Below, in pieces: positions 41,960 through 53,877 of a stretch of DNA of 64,000 bases (position 1 is the stretch's first letter; the number at the start of each line of letters is the position of its first letter). The position numbers and the translations under genes were made by a program. The notes below the pieces were generated by a model. The model was not told where the DNA came from and did not search any database. It saw only the letters and a list, made by a program, of their open reading frames with translations. The DNA is taken from assembly GCA_038143065.1 (NCBI GenBank), contig JAYQLI010000035.1, positions 1,664,894 through 1,728,893 on the forward strand, in the 5' to 3' direction. The stretch is from Rhodospirillales bacterium (lineage in GTDB: Bacteria; Pseudomonadota; Alphaproteobacteria; Bin95).

Positions 41960-43798
41960 GAGACAGCCCTTTCCAGGGAAACGACCTTTAATTCTTCCAT
42001 CTGCTCACCTATCGCTCTCGCAATAAAACGACCAGTGATTGGCGTTCCATCATAGTGACAAATAGGAATGAGACGCGCTGGGTCAATTTCAAGCTCGTTT
42101 GAGAGCATTCCCCTGACCTGGCCATCGCGGTTTTGCTCCACAATAAAGACCCTGTCGTGCGCCATAATGAATTCCTTTACGGAATTAGGGAAAGGAATGC
42201 GCGAAGGCGCATCGAATTAACGTGACCGCCTTTTTCCTCCAGCAGATCTATCGCCTCATCCATGGCTGGGCTTGTTGACCCAAAGTATATCACCCCATAA
42301 CGCGTTTGTTCTTGGCTCTGCCGAACAATCGGTTGCGGAACGAGCGATTTCGCCGTCTCAAACTTCTTAGCGAGGCGCTCCATATTTTCGATATAGTCTT
42401 TACCTTCTTCAGAGTAACGCGCGAACTGATCCTTAGTTGTACCGCGAGTAAAATACGCCCCCTTCGTTGGATGCGTACTCGGGATAGTGCGGAAAGGCAC
42501 CCCATCACCGTCAACATCTAGATACCGGCCAAAGGTCTTACCTGCATCTAATTCTTCCGCCGTCATAACCTTACCGCGGTCGTAAGTGCGATTATCATCC
42601 CAAGAAAGAGGGTTACACAGGCGCTGGTTCATGCCTATGTCGAGATCAGTCATAACAAAAATGGGCGTCTGAAGCCGATCAGCCAAATCAAGGGAATCGG
42701 CACCAAACTCGAAACACTCTCTTGGGTCTTCTGGGAAAAGTAATACGTGTTTCGTATCTCCATTAGACGCATAAGCAGCGGCTAAAATATCTGCCTGTTG
42801 GGTGCGAGTTGGCATGCCAGTTGATGGGCCGCCCCGCTGTACGTTGATGATTACGGCCGGCACTTCTGCAAAGTAAGCAAGACCTATAAATTCCGTCATT
42901 AAGCTGACGCCAGGACCTGACGTTGATGTGAACGCACGCGCACCATTCCAGCCTGCTCCTATAACCATACCAATTGCAGCAAGCTCGTCTTCTGCCTGGA
43001 CGATAGCGTAGTTAGCCTCACCAGTTTCCTTGTCATGGCGGTAGCGTTGGCAAAAGGCCTGGAATGCTTCTGCCAAGGAGGAAGACGGGGTAATAGGATA
43101 CCAGGCACAGACTGTGGCTCCGCCATAGACGCAACCAAGAGCCGCCGCTGCATTACCTTCCATGAAAATTCTATCGCCAACCTTATCTACTGGCTTGACG
43201 CCAAGCTTGACCATGTCTGATCTAGGTTTTCGTGGGCATAGTCGCGACCAAGCTTAAGAGCTTGTTTGTTCGCGCCAATTAACGCCTCCTTACCCTTGTA
43301 TTGCTCTCCAAACAGCTTCTCAATTACCTCTGGGTCAATGTCCAGGAGCACTGACAGAACACCGATGTAGATAATATTCTTAAAAAGCTGACGCTGCCGC
43401 GCATCCGTGTAGGTAGCATTACAAATTGCAGTCAGCGGCACTCCAATGACGGTGATGTCATCGCGAAATGCAGAAGACGGCATGGGTCGAGTAGAGTCAT
43501 AAAAGAGATATCCGCCTGGAGACAGCTCTTCCACATCCTGTTTCCAGGTCTGCGGGTTCATAGCAACCAGAAGGTCTACACCACCGCGCCTTCCAAGATA
43601 GCCCTTCTCACTCACCCTAACTTCATACCAAGTAGGCAAACCTTGAATATTGGATGGAAAGATATTCCGTGGACTTACTGGCACACCCATCCTGAGAATA
43701 GATCGGGCGAATAGCTCGTTAGCGCTGGCAGAACCAGACCCATTAACGTTCGCAAATTTGACAACGAACTCGTTAATCGCAGCTATAGATTCTGACAT
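41956..43798 (-). CDS. korA: 2-oxoacid:acceptor oxidoreductase alpha subunit (gamma-alpha fusion), frameshifts at ~43217 and ~42194
   Basis: NVNGSGSASAN, FPSNIQG, YPITPSS, QAEDELAAIG, TSGPG, QRGGPSTGMPT, VEQNRDGQ, spread over three ORFs. Confidence 0.9.
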
Positions 43799-45597
43799 GC
43801 TGACCCCGCGTGTGTCATCTCAATATAGTGCTTCTGCATATCACAGGCCCCTGTTGGGCATCGTTCAGCGCAGAGGCCACAATGCAAGCAAACGTCCTCA
43901 TCTTTGACCATCACCCTGGCAGTAGGAAGAGGGTCCGAAACATATAGGTCTTGCTCTGTATTAAGCGCAGGCGCCGTAAGCCTTTGACGCACATCTGCCT
44001 CCTCACCATTAGGCGTGAAGGTGATGCAATCCATCGGGCAAATATCAACGCAAGCGTCACACTCTATGCATAAGTTCGTACTGAACACTGTTTGTACGTC
44101 GCAATTTAGACAGCGTTGCGCTTCTTTCCATGCAAGATCAAAATCAAAGCCAAGCTCGACCTCAGCCTTCATGTCGGTGAGGGCTTTAGTTTTTTCGAGG
44201 TGAGGCACTTTAAAACGAGCATCAACAGCGATGTCGTTGTCGTAGCTCCACTCGTGGATACCCATTTTTTGGCTAACGATATCTTGCAGAGGCGCCGGCC
44301 GCTCTTTGATGTCTTCACCTTCCAGCATTTTGTGAATGGAGATGGCTGCATCATGGCCATGAGAAGCGGCCCAAATGATGTTTTCCGGTCCAAAAGCAGC
44401 GTCGCCGCCAAAGAACACCTTTGGATGCGTTGACTGGAAAGTCACACGATCAACAACTGGCATGTCCCAACGGTCATCGAAATCGAGCCCAATATCTCGC
44501 TCAATCCAAGGGAATGAATTTTCCTGACCGATAGCGCAAAGGACATCATCGCACGGATAGAACGGGTCAGGCTCACCAGTTGGCACCAGCTTACGACGGC
44601 CATTCTCGTCATATTCTGCTTTAACCTTTTCGAAGGTCATACCAACGAGCTTTCCATCTTCGATGACAAAGCTTTTTGGTGTTTCATAATTAATAAAGGG
44701 AATATCTTCCACCATCGCGTCATCTTTTTCCCAAGGTGACGCCTTCATCTCATCGAATCCTGAGCGGACTATGACTTTTACGTCTTCTCCGCCAAGCCTA
44801 CGGGCCGTGCGACAGCAGTCCATTGCAGTGTTACCACCGCCCAGCACGATCACGCGCTTGCCAATCTTATCTATGTGACCAAAAGAAACAGATGAAAGAA
44901 AATCAATACCAATTTGGAAATTGGCTTCCGCCTCCTGACGACCTGGGATATCGAGGTCGCGACCGCGAGGAGCCCCAGTGCCCACAAACACCGCGTCCCA
45001 GCCTTCGTCTAGAATTTCTTTTAGACTTTCGATTTTTTTGTGAACAAAATTAATATTTCCAATGCTTGTGATGTAATCCATCTCTTCATCAATGACAGAT
45101 ACGGGCAATCGGAACGCAGGTATTTGGGTTCTGATCATACCCCCCAATTGTGGGTTCTGATCAAAAAGGGTGACCTCATATCCAAGCACGGCCAAATCGC
45201 GAGCCACAGTCAATGAAGCAGGCCCAGCACCGAGACACGCTACTTTTCGGCCATTAGTTTTTGCAGGCGCCTTTGGCATTCGCGGCGTGACGTCATCTTT
45301 ATAATCAGCAGCCACGCGCTTGAGGCGACATATTGCTACTGGCTCTTTCTTTGAGCCTGACAAATCTTCGTCTTCCACTCTGCCTCTACGACAGGCAGGC
45401 TCACAAGGACGGTCACAAGTGCGCCCAAGGATCCCAGGAAACACATTTGATTTCCAATTAATCATGTAGGCATCTGAGTACCGTCCATGAGCAATTAGGC
45501 GAATATACTCCGGCACCGGCGTGTGAGCGGGACATGCCCACTGACAATCGACGACTTTGTGGAAGTAATTTGGATCTGTAATATCTGTAGGCCGCAA
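43783..45597 (-). CDS. GltD-like FAD/NAD(P)H oxidoreductase with C-terminal 2x[4Fe-4S] ferredoxin domain (KorC-like)
   Basis: CQWACP, CDRPCEPAC, GAGPA, GGGNTAMD, EAQRCLNC, CIECDACVDICP, CLHCGLCAERCP. Confidence 0.9.
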   Translation of the reverse strand: MRPTDITDPNYFHKVVDCQWACPAHTPVPEYIRLIAHGRYSDAYMINWKSNVFPGILGRTCDRPCEPACRRGRVEDEDLSGSKKEPVAICRLKRVAADYKDDVTPRMPKAPAKTNGRKVACLGAGPASLTVARDLAVLGYEVTLFDQNPQLGGMIRTQIPAFRLPVSVIDEEMDYITSIGNINFVHKKIESLKEILDEGWDAVFVGTGAPRGRDLDIPGRQEAEANFQIGIDFLSSVSFGHIDKIGKRVIVLGGGNTAMDCCRTARRLGGEDVKVIVRSGFDEMKASPWEKDDAMVEDIPFINYETPKSFVIEDGKLVGMTFEKVKAEYDENGRRKLVPTGEPDPFYPCDDVLCAIGQENSFPWIERDIGLDFDDRWDMPVVDRVTFQSTHPKVFFGGDAAFGPENIIWAASHGHDAAISIHKMLEGEDIKERPAPLQDIVSQKMGIHEWSYDNDIAVDARFKVPHLEKTKALTDMKAEVELGFDFDLAWKEAQRCLNCDVQTVFSTNLCIECDACVDICPMDCITFTPNGEEADVRQRLTAPALNTEQDLYVSDPLPTARVMVKDEDVCLHCGLCAERCPTGACDMQKHYIEMTHAGSACQNL

Positions 45598-45859
45598 GGC
45601 CGCACTCCCGAAAGCTGGTTAGTGCAACACTAACCGTTTCTTGTTCGTGATACTGGTCAAGTCTAGAGACAAGACCCCTTATCCTAAACCCAATGCCGCT
45701 TAACACGCTAGGCGTCAAGCAATTGAATAGTAAACTTAATGGGGAAATATCACATGTTTTTGCAAAACAATATCAAACTCTCGTAATTCAAGGGCATGAC
45801 ACTCCCGTTCTTGACAGCTACCCTTGGCAAAAGAATCAATTTGCGTTCAGGAGAGAACG

Positions 45860-46969
45860 ATGAAGACACGCGCCGCTGTAGCATTTGAGGCAGGGAAACC
45901 TCTGGAGATTGTGGAGGTCGATTTAGAAGGCCCAAAAGCAGGCGAAGTGCTTATCGAAGTTAAAGCTACAGGCGTTTGCCATACAGATGAATTCACCCTT
46001 TCAGGCGCTGATCCAGAAGGCGCCTTTCCTGCAATCCTAGGCCATGAAGGTGCAGGGGTCGTTATCGAGGTTGGAGCAGGCGTCACAACAGTAGCGCCGG
46101 GCGATCACGTAATTCCCCTTTACACACCCGAATGCAGAACCTGCGAATACTGCCTGAACCCTAAGACAAACCTCTGCCAAGCTATACGAACAACCCAAGG
46201 CGCAGGCGTCATGCCGGATGGATCTTCGCGCTTTTCTTATAAGGGTGAAAAAATCCTCCACTACATGGGGACATCTACATTCTCGAATTATACGGTCCTC
46301 CCAGAGATCGCAGTGGCAAAGGTCCGCAAAGATGCTCCATTCGATAAAATTTGTTACATCGGATGCGGTGTAACGACCGGGCTTGGTGCCGTTATGTTTA
46401 CGGCAAAGGTCGAACCAATGAGCCGAGCTATAGTCTTTGGCCTAGGAGGCATAGGCCTCAATGTCATTCAGGGCTTGAAAATGGTCGGAGCACGTCAAAT
46501 TGTTGGCGTGGATCTGAATGAGTCAAAAGTCCCATTGGCCAGACAATTTGGTATGACTGATTTCGTAAACCCCTCAAAAATCAAAGATGATCTTGTTGGG
46601 CATTTGGTGGAAATTACAGGTGGTGGCGCTGATTACACGTTCGAATGCATCGGTAATGTGGAGGTTATGAGAGCCGCATTGGAAAGCTGCCACAAGGGGT
46701 GGGGCGAAAGCGTTATCATTGGCGTCGCTCCGGCAGGAGCTGAAATCAATACCAGACCATTCCAACTTGTGACCGGCCGAGTTTGGCGAGGGTCAGCCTT
46801 TGGTGGTGCGAGAGGCCGCACGGACGTACCAAAGATCGTTGACCTTTATATGGAAAGTAAAGTCTCTATCGATCCCCTCATTACTCATACAATGCCACTA
46901 GAAGATATCAATAAGGCCTTTGACCTTATGCACGCCGGCGAATCAATACGTAGCGTTGTGATGTACTGA
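45860..46969 (+). CDS. frmA: S-(hydroxymethyl)glutathione dehydrogenase / class III alcohol dehydrogenase
   Basis: [45 protein letters not shown]. Confidence 0.96.
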   Translation: MKTRAAVAFEAGKPLEIVEVDLEGPKAGEVLIEVKATGVCHTDEFTLSGADPEGAFPAILGHEGAGVVIEVGAGVTTVAPGDHVIPLYTPECRTCEYCLNPKTNLCQAIRTTQGAGVMPDGSSRFSYKGEKILHYMGTSTFSNYTVLPEIAVAKVRKDAPFDKICYIGCGVTTGLGAVMFTAKVEPMSRAIVFGLGGIGLNVIQGLKMVGARQIVGVDLNESKVPLARQFGMTDFVNPSKIKDDLVGHLVEITGGGADYTFECIGNVEVMRAALESCHKGWGESVIIGVAPAGAEINTRPFQLVTGRVWRGSAFGGARGRTDVPKIVDLYMESKVSIDPLITHTMPLEDINKAFDLMHAGESIRSVVMY

Positions 46970-46986
46970 GGTAAGACTTCGTCTGT

Positions 46987-48162
46987 CTATTCGGAGCGGA
47001 GCCTATCAATCCCCGCGCCATAGGTTGAAGGTGTGATGTCCACCCCAGACGCCCGCTTCTCAAGCCAATAGGCAACGGCGGGCGGAGTAGTAGCAATAGC
47101 GTCTGGAATGCCAAGTTTTATTGCAGCATCCATGGGCCAGTTGGGATTGTGCATTGCTTCGCGGGCTATTGCGATCAGATCTGCCTTGCCATCTTGAAGA
47201 ATGGCTTCAGCCTGGTCAGCATGGACAATAAGCCCAACTGCCATCGACATACATCCGCCATCACGCTTTAAGCGATCGGCGTATGGAACTTGATAGCCGT
47301 AGGTCACGCGACCTGCACTAACCACGGGCGATCCAGTCATTCCGCCAGAAGAGCAGTCGATTACGTCAACGCCAAGTGGTTGCACGGCCTGTGCAACATT
47401 GACTGACTCGTCAGGCCCAAATCCAGCGTTGTCCTCAACTGAAAGGCGAAGGAAAAGCGGCTTTTCTTCAGGCCAGAAACGTCGGGCCTCTTCAACAATT
47501 TCCATCAGAAAGCGCCGTCGATTTTCTTCCGACCCACCATATTCATCATTGCGGGCATTAGCTTGAGGAGAAAGAAATTGATGGATCAAATAACCGTGCG
47601 CACCATGAATTTCCAGAACGTCATAACCTGCTTCATGGCATCGCCTAACACCCTGCCCCCACATTCGAACAAGGTCCTGCACCTCAGACTTAGAAAGCCC
47701 GCGAGGTTCTGGGTCCCTGCCGCTGGCCAGAGATGAAGCTGACACTAGTTCCCACTTATTCCAATCCTGCACACCCTCGGCTTCAGCTGCCTCTTGAGTT
47801 AGCGGAGCACCGCCTTCCCATGGCCTGAAACGACGGGCTTTTCTTCCAGAATGGCCAAGTTGAATTGCTGCAACTGAACCATTTTCTTTTATGACTTTAG
47901 CAAGACGAGCAAGCCCAGGAATGTGTTCGTCCTTCCAAGCTCCCAAGTCACCAATCGTACCGCACCCTCGACGGTCTACCTTAGTTGACTCGACAAAGGT
48001 CAAACCTGCACCGCCTGCAGCATATCGGCCCACATTCATCAAATGCCAGTCCTGAGCGAACCCATCCTTGGCCGCATATTGATGCATAGGAGCAATTACG
48101 ACGCGATTTTTTAGCTCAACGCCACGAATAGAAATTGGCTGAAACAACATAGGAAGTGACAT
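46987..48162 (-). CDS. NADH:flavin oxidoreductase (old yellow enzyme, YqjM-like)
   Basis: NRVVIAPMHQY, QLGHSGRKA, HGAHGYL, NARNDEYGGS, GYQVPYA. Confidence 0.93.
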   Translation of the reverse strand: MSLPMLFQPISIRGVELKNRVVIAPMHQYAAKDGFAQDWHLMNVGRYAAGGAGLTFVESTKVDRRGCGTIGDLGAWKDEHIPGLARLAKVIKENGSVAAIQLGHSGRKARRFRPWEGGAPLTQEAAEAEGVQDWNKWELVSASSLASGRDPEPRGLSKSEVQDLVRMWGQGVRRCHEAGYDVLEIHGAHGYLIHQFLSPQANARNDEYGGSEENRRRFLMEIVEEARRFWPEEKPLFLRLSVEDNAGFGPDESVNVAQAVQPLGVDVIDCSSGGMTGSPVVSAGRVTYGYQVPYADRLKRDGGCMSMAVGLIVHADQAEAILQDGKADLIAIAREAMHNPNWPMDAAIKLGIPDAIATTPPAVAYWLEKRASGVDITPSTYGAGIDRLRSE

Positions 48163-48167
48163 TGAAC

Positions 48168-49043
48168 TTAGTCTCCTCGAGCGGAAGCCTGTCCTTGAAC
48201 AGTGAAGAAAGAAGCCGATTTAGGCTGCTCTGGCAGCTCAAGAATTGCGGGTGAAAGTCTGGCATTGCGCTTCTTAACACCACGAACAATCCGGCCCTCG
48301 TTTTCGTTGGGCATCGGGTTCCGAGCTATCGGCACAGCATCGGCTGCTGTGTACACGCAAATGTAAAGACCACGAGGGTTTACTGAAAGACTTGGGTCGG
48401 ATCCGTGAGCAAGTCGCGTGTGCATCAAACACACACTACCCGCCTTTCCAGTTACAGGCACATCCCTTGCCTTCATGGATGAAGTCACATCATCGGTCAT
48501 TCGACCTGTAAAGACGTCCCCCTCAAAAAGCGAATACAAAGGGCCTTTGTGGCTCCCAGGAACGACCTTAAGACAGCCATTTGTCTCCTCTACGTCGTCT
48601 AGCATAAGAAGGGCCGTTACGATGTCATCATTGGTGTGCGGCGTGAATAAGAAATCCTGATGATAGTGGACCTCTGTCGCAGCTCCAGGAAGCTTTTGAT
48701 TAATTTTACAATGATGAAACTTAACATCAGGCCCAATTAAGTCTGCCACCATATCTGTCATGGCAGAATTTTCCATGACATCCCTGAAAGGAGAATAGAT
48801 ATCCGATGGGTTGTTAATACGACGGAGTGCTGGCTTCTCAGCCGAATGCTCCGTACCCATGTCAAAGCGTGGACGCCCATCAATGGTTGGTGGACCATAC
48901 GGTTTTGAGTGAGAGCGGCTCTCCTCTGTCCATTCCGCCATTAGGCTTCGCATCGCAGCAAGTTGGTCTGCCGTGACGGCATTTTCAACAACAAGGCAAC
49001 CGTCCCGCCAAAACTCTTTCTTCTGATTTGCGCTTAGCACCAT
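48168..49043 (-). CDS. Phytanoyl-CoA dioxygenase (PhyH) family protein
   Basis: KINQKLPG, YHQD (HxD), NGCLKVVPGSH, HGS. Its ATG overlaps the upstream TGA. Confidence 0.92.
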   Translation of the reverse strand: MVLSANQKKEFWRDGCLVVENAVTADQLAAMRSLMAEWTEESRSHSKPYGPPTIDGRPRFDMGTEHSAEKPALRRINNPSDIYSPFRDVMENSAMTDMVADLIGPDVKFHHCKINQKLPGAATEVHYHQDFLFTPHTNDDIVTALLMLDDVEETNGCLKVVPGSHKGPLYSLFEGDVFTGRMTDDVTSSMKARDVPVTGKAGSVCLMHTRLAHGSDPSLSVNPRGLYICVYTAADAVPIARNPMPNENEGRIVRGVKKRNARLSPAILELPEQPKSASFFTVQGQASARGD

Positions 49044-49939
49044 CAAGATTTTACCTTCTGCCTCGCAGCAATAGCGTCAGCAAAAGAGAGAATGGCCCTC
49101 ATCCGGTCAGCAACAGGTACATCTACCATTTTGCCACGAACCGTGATTGCCCCTTCCCCTCTAGCTAGGGCCGCATCGTAAGCATCGACTATTTCACGAG
49201 CTTCTTCGACCTCTTCATCGCTAGGCCCAAAGACCTCATTTGCCACCTTAACCTGATTAGGATGGATGCAAGATGCCCCTCTAAATCCAGCTCGCTTAGA
49301 GAGACGCATCATCTCATAAAGTTTATCGATGTCTCTAAATTCAGCGATGGAGCCAATAAAGCCCATTGGAGCTACTCCGGCAGCCCTGGCGCAAGCAACG
49401 ATGTGCTGCTTGAAGGACAGCAACATATCGCTGTCCGTTGTTGATCCCATCGAAAGTGCAAAATCTTCTGAGCCCAATGAAACCGACATAACACGAGGGC
49501 TAGCCGTCGGAATATCGCGAGCATTTAAATAACCCTCAGCCGTTTCTATCAGTGGGCAAAGGAAGGTAGAGCCAACTGGCATACCCTTTTCCGCTTCAAT
49601 TTCTGAGACCACATTTGCCACTTCAGAAACGTGAGCGCCCGTATCAGTCATTGGCAAAAGAAGGGCCACGACATTGGGAGAAACAGACGCCTCAATATCG
49701 CGTGCCGCCAGCCGCCAGGGTCTATTAATCCGAACCGTCACATCAAGTCCTAGACCAGCAAGATGCGCCGCAACATCACCCAGCGCATCGCGAGCACGAT
49801 CCTTTTCGGATGCTGCAATAGAGTCTTCTAGGTCAAGAATAACAGCATCAGCGCCGACACCCGGCGCCTTCTCTACAAATTTCTGATTTAATGTCGGCAC
49901 GAACATCATTGAGCGCCACACTGGCGGTGTGAAAGTCAT
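49043..49939 (-). CDS. CitE-like CoA-ester lyase (HpcH/HpaI superfamily)
   Basis: RSMMFVP, LDLEDS, VRIN, LIET, GSEDF, CIHPNQV, GKMVDVP. Confidence 0.92.
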   Translation of the reverse strand: MTFTPPVWRSMMFVPTLNQKFVEKAPGVGADAVILDLEDSIAASEKDRARDALGDVAAHLAGLGLDVTVRINRPWRLAARDIEASVSPNVVALLLPMTDTGAHVSEVANVVSEIEAEKGMPVGSTFLCPLIETAEGYLNARDIPTASPRVMSVSLGSEDFALSMGSTTDSDMLLSFKQHIVACARAAGVAPMGFIGSIAEFRDIDKLYEMMRLSKRAGFRGASCIHPNQVKVANEVFGPSDEEVEEAREIVDAYDAALARGEGAITVRGKMVDVPVADRMRAILSFADAIAARQKVKS

Positions 49940-49951
49940 CTCAGTTACTCC

Positions 49952-50705
49952 TTAGTGCCCCTGGAAGTTTGGCTTGCGTTTTTCACGGAAGGCTCTGCCG
50001 CCTTCCTGCTGATCTTCAGAACGCGAGATTGCAAGCAACTCATTTCTGGCAAGTCCTGCAAGCTCAGAAGGTCCCCTTGCAACAACAACGTCGCGAGTAA
50101 AGCGCTTCAGCGCACGAACAACGAGGGGAGCTGAGTCAGCAAGGATACGAGCATACTCATGGGCCGCAGCGATATGCTCACCCTTTGGAGTTACCTTATT
50201 CACTAGTCCAACTTCATATGCGCGTTGAGCTTTGTAATGGACACCCGTCAGCATGAATTCCATTGCGTGTTTGTGATTTATTCGAGCGGCAAGACCAGCG
50301 ATTAAGCCGCCACAAAAACCAATTTTGAGCCTCTGGATAAAAGAAGTCTGCCGTCTCATCAGCAATTGCCAGATCTGCAAATTCAACAAGGCAAAAAGCA
50401 CCTCCAACACAGTATCCATGCACAGCAGCAATTACGGGCTTGTCCAGCATCACACCAACGCCAGGCATACATTCCCAAAGCTCAGGATCACGGGGAGGGT
50501 CTTTAAGGTCAGCTCCAACTGAAAAGGCCCTATCACCGGCAGAAGTCAGCACTGCGACGCGATCATCACTATCCTGTAAACGCTGGAAGGCCTGCCGCAA
50601 CTCGGCCACTAACCCATTTGAAAGCGCATTCATTTTTTCAGGACGGTTTAACGTAATCGTGGCGACATGGTCTTGGGACGTATATGTGACGACAGGTTCA
50701 GACAT
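49952..50705 (-). CDS. Enoyl-CoA hydratase/isomerase family protein, frameshifted ~50323
   Basis: LNRPEKMNAL, FSVGADL, KPVIAAVHGYCVGG, YPEA|(Q)IG, then GLVNKV and AFREKRKPNFQG. Confidence 0.9.
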
Positions 50706-50863
50706 AGTTGGATTTTCCTAGAATCAAGCAATATTCAAAATCAGAACTCATAGAACAGCGTCGATGCAGTGCGCGCAAGACAGGCTCAGCACATTGACGC
50801 AAGAAAGCTCAATATTTTTCAGCGAGACCTTTGCAGTCGCAGCATCTGCGAAAAATAATCACC

Positions 50864-51718
50864 TCAAGATGTAACGGCCTCACCTTCGACGGTGATGCGG
50901 TGCATTAGGCGGCGCTCACCGTGATAATCATTTAAGGCCATGTGCCAGGTTGCACGGTTATCCCAAAATGCAACTGATCCTTTTGACCACTGAAAACGGT
51001 ACGTGAATTCTTGCCTCGCCGCGTGCGCATACAGTGTCTCTAGAAGCGGCTTAGACTCTTCATCAGTCCACCCTTCAAAGCGAAGAGTAAATCCTGGATT
51101 GACGTAGAGAGCTCTCTTGCCGCTTATCGGGTGACGGATCACGACAGGATGCACGGCGTCCTGCTGAGCCGCCTTTTCATTGCCAAGTCGGCCACCAAGG
51201 TCCTCACCACGCTCTTTGTAACGAGCCGACTTACCAAAAACATGTCGACTGGAATGAACAGCTTTCAAGTCCTCAAGCATTTCCTTCAAACCATCTGAAA
51301 GCGCTTCGTAAGCTGCAAATTGGGAGGAAAATATCGTGTCGCCGCCCATGCTGGGGGTTTCCCTTGCAACCAAAATCGAACCAAGGGCAGGAATTTGGTC
51401 GTAAGAATGATCCGTGTGCCAGCCACCTCCAATGTTGGCTTTTTGATCAGGCTCTTTCCGAACTTCCGCAATTTGGGGCCACCCATCCACATGCGCGAAG
51501 AAGCGATTGATGTTCACACCGCCAAATTTTTCGGCAAGCGCAATATGATGCGAAGGCTCCATATTTTGTTCACGAAAAAATAGGACGCCATGCTCGCCTA
51601 GAGCCGTTCTTAGCTCTGCAATTGCATCAGCAGAAAGGTCCTCGCCTAGATTGATCCCATCAACAAACGCTCCGCAATTGGGGCTAGCCTTGCTCACGTT
51701 AAAATTCATAAGGCTCAT
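50864..51718 (-). CDS. TauD/TfdA family dioxygenase (second paralog)
   Basis: LFFREQ, WHTD, GGDTIF, HPISGKRALYVN, WDNRATWH. Confidence 0.95.
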   Translation of the reverse strand: MSLMNFNVSKASPNCGAFVDGINLGEDLSADAIAELRTALGEHGVLFFREQNMEPSHHIALAEKFGGVNINRFFAHVDGWPQIAEVRKEPDQKANIGGGWHTDHSYDQIPALGSILVARETPSMGGDTIFSSQFAAYEALSDGLKEMLEDLKAVHSSRHVFGKSARYKERGEDLGGRLGNEKAAQQDAVHPVVIRHPISGKRALYVNPGFTLRFEGWTDEESKPLLETLYAHAARQEFTYRFQWSKGSVAFWDNRATWHMALNDYHGERRLMHRITVEGEAVTS

Positions 51719-51759
51719 AAAAACACTCCAAACTTAGACTGCTGCCAAGGTCTCCCGCG

Positions 51760-53700
51760 TTAGCTGCGGTTCTGACGGTTCTCTACTAGATCCTCAACCA
51801 CAGCAGGGTCAGCCAAGGTTGATGTATCGCCAAGATTTCCAAAATCATCTTCTGCAATCTTGCGCAGTATGCGGCGCATGATTTTTCCTGAACGTGTCTT
51901 TGGCAGACCCGGCGCCCATTGGAGCCAATCCGGAGAAGCAATAGGACCAATTTCCTTACGAACCCACTGAACAAGCTCCTTTTTGAGGTCGTCTGATGGG
52001 TCTTCTCCGAGATTGAGGGTGACGTAGGCATAAATACCTTGCCCCTTAATATCGTGCGGCGCGCCAACTACGGCGGACTCTGCAACTTTTGGGTGAGCGA
52101 CTAAGGCAGACTCAACTTCTGCCGTGCCCATTCTGTGGCCAGACACATTTATTACGTCATCCACCCGACCAGTAATCCAGTAATACCCGTCTGCATCTCT
52201 CCGGGCCCCATCACCAGTGAAATATCTTCCCGGGTATGTTGAAAAATATGTATCTACAAAGCGCTGGTGGTCTCCATAAACCGTTCGCATCTGACCAGGC
52301 CAGCTCTCAGCGATACAAAGATTACCTTCGCAAGCGCCCTCCAGTAGCTTGCCTTCAGCATCGACCATAACAGGCTTCACGCCAAAGAATGGGAGGGTTG
52401 CTGAACCGGGCTTTAGGGCCGTAGCCCCGGGGAGTGGCGTGATCAAGATGCCACCAGTTTCGGTTTGCCACCATGTATCAACTATGGGGCACCGACCGTC
52501 ACCGACCACATTGTGATACCATAGCCACGCTTCCGGGTTTATGGGCTCACCAACAGACCCAAGCAGTCGTAAACTTTTGCGGCTTGCTGCTTTTACTGGC
52601 CCCTCTCCCTCTCTCATAAGAGCGCGAATTGCTGTCGGTGCAGTATAAAAAATTGACACGTTATGTTTGTCGCAGACCTGCCAAAAGCGGCTGGAGTCTG
52701 GATAATTTGGAACGCCCTCAAACATCAATGTCGTGGCACCATTAGCCAGTGGCCCATACACAATGTAGCTATGACCGGTTACCCAACCAACATCAGCCGT
52801 ACACCAGTAAATTTCGCCTGGCTTGTAGTCGAACACATACTCGTGGGTCATAGAGGCATACACAATGTAGCCGCCAGATGTGTGCAATACGCCTTTGGGT
52901 TTACCAGTGGAGCCGGAGGTGTAGAGGATGAAAAGCGGATCTTCCGCACTCATCTCTTCGGGCTCACAAGTTGCAGGCTGGTCAGCGCAGATTTCATGAT
53001 GCCAAACATCACGGCCACTGGTCATGTTAATGTCACCGCCAGTACGCTTTACAACAATGACCGTATCCACACTGTCGCAATGCTCCAAGGAAGCATCGAC
53101 ATTCGCCTTTAGAGGCACCTTACGCCCCCCACGCAAGCCCTCATCAGCGGTAATGACAAGCCTGCACTTCGAATCATCAATTCGCTGAGCAAGGCTATCC
53201 GGCGAAAATCCGCCAAAAACGATGGAATGCACTGCTCCAATTCGCGCACAAGCAAGCATGGCATAAGCAGCTTCAGGGACCATCGGCATGTAAATGCAAA
53301 CCCTGTCACCCTTTTGCACGCCCCGAGCCTTCATTGCATTGGCTAGACGGCATGTCTCGTCGTGCAGTTCCTGATAGGTAATTTTTTTATCGTCTTTGGG
53401 ATCATCGCCTTCCCAAACAATAGCGACCTGACTTGCTTTATCCTTTAAGTGTCTATCAATGCAGTTGGCAGACACGTTGAGCGTGCCATCCTCAAACCAT
53501 TTAATTGACAGGTTATCTTTGTCGTAGCTGACGTTTTTCACTTTTGTAAAAGGCTTAATCCAATCAACGCGCTTTCCGTGTTCGGCCCAAAAACCTTCAG
53601 GATCGTCGATGGAGCGTTTGTACATTTCAGCGTATTTTGCAGCATCAATATGCGCGGAGGCTGCAACCTCCGGCCGCGGCTGGAAAAGTTCGTCAGACAT
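51760..53700 (-). CDS. acs: Acetyl-CoA synthetase
   Basis: [37 protein letters not shown]. Likely start is ATG 53700. Confidence 0.98.
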   Translation of the reverse strand: MSDELFQPRPEVAASAHIDAAKYAEMYKRSIDDPEGFWAEHGKRVDWIKPFTKVKNVSYDKDNLSIKWFEDGTLNVSANCIDRHLKDKASQVAIVWEGDDPKDDKKITYQELHDETCRLANAMKARGVQKGDRVCIYMPMVPEAAYAMLACARIGAVHSIVFGGFSPDSLAQRIDDSKCRLVITADEGLRGGRKVPLKANVDASLEHCDSVDTVIVVKRTGGDINMTSGRDVWHHEICADQPATCEPEEMSAEDPLFILYTSGSTGKPKGVLHTSGGYIVYASMTHEYVFDYKPGEIYWCTADVGWVTGHSYIVYGPLANGATTLMFEGVPNYPDSSRFWQVCDKHNVSIFYTAPTAIRALMREGEGPVKAASRKSLRLLGSVGEPINPEAWLWYHNVVGDGRCPIVDTWWQTETGGILITPLPGATALKPGSATLPFFGVKPVMVDAEGKLLEGACEGNLCIAESWPGQMRTVYGDHQRFVDTYFSTYPGRYFTGDGARRDADGYYWITGRVDDVINVSGHRMGTAEVESALVAHPKVAESAVVGAPHDIKGQGIYAYVTLNLGEDPSDDLKKELVQWVRKEIGPIASPDWLQWAPGLPKTRSGKIMRRILRKIAEDDFGNLGDTSTLADPAVVEDLVENRQNRS

Positions 53701-53877
53701 GATCGGTTCCATCCCTAAAATTATTCTTTCTTGAACACCAATAAATCCCGAGATGGTTTTGGTTTCAAGCAATTCGAAAAATAGTGCCGCTTTAGGTAGG
53801 GAAAGTCACTCCATCGATAAGAGTTTTATTATTTTAAAATATCGCCCTGTTTTTTCTCTAAACGAGAATCAAAACCC

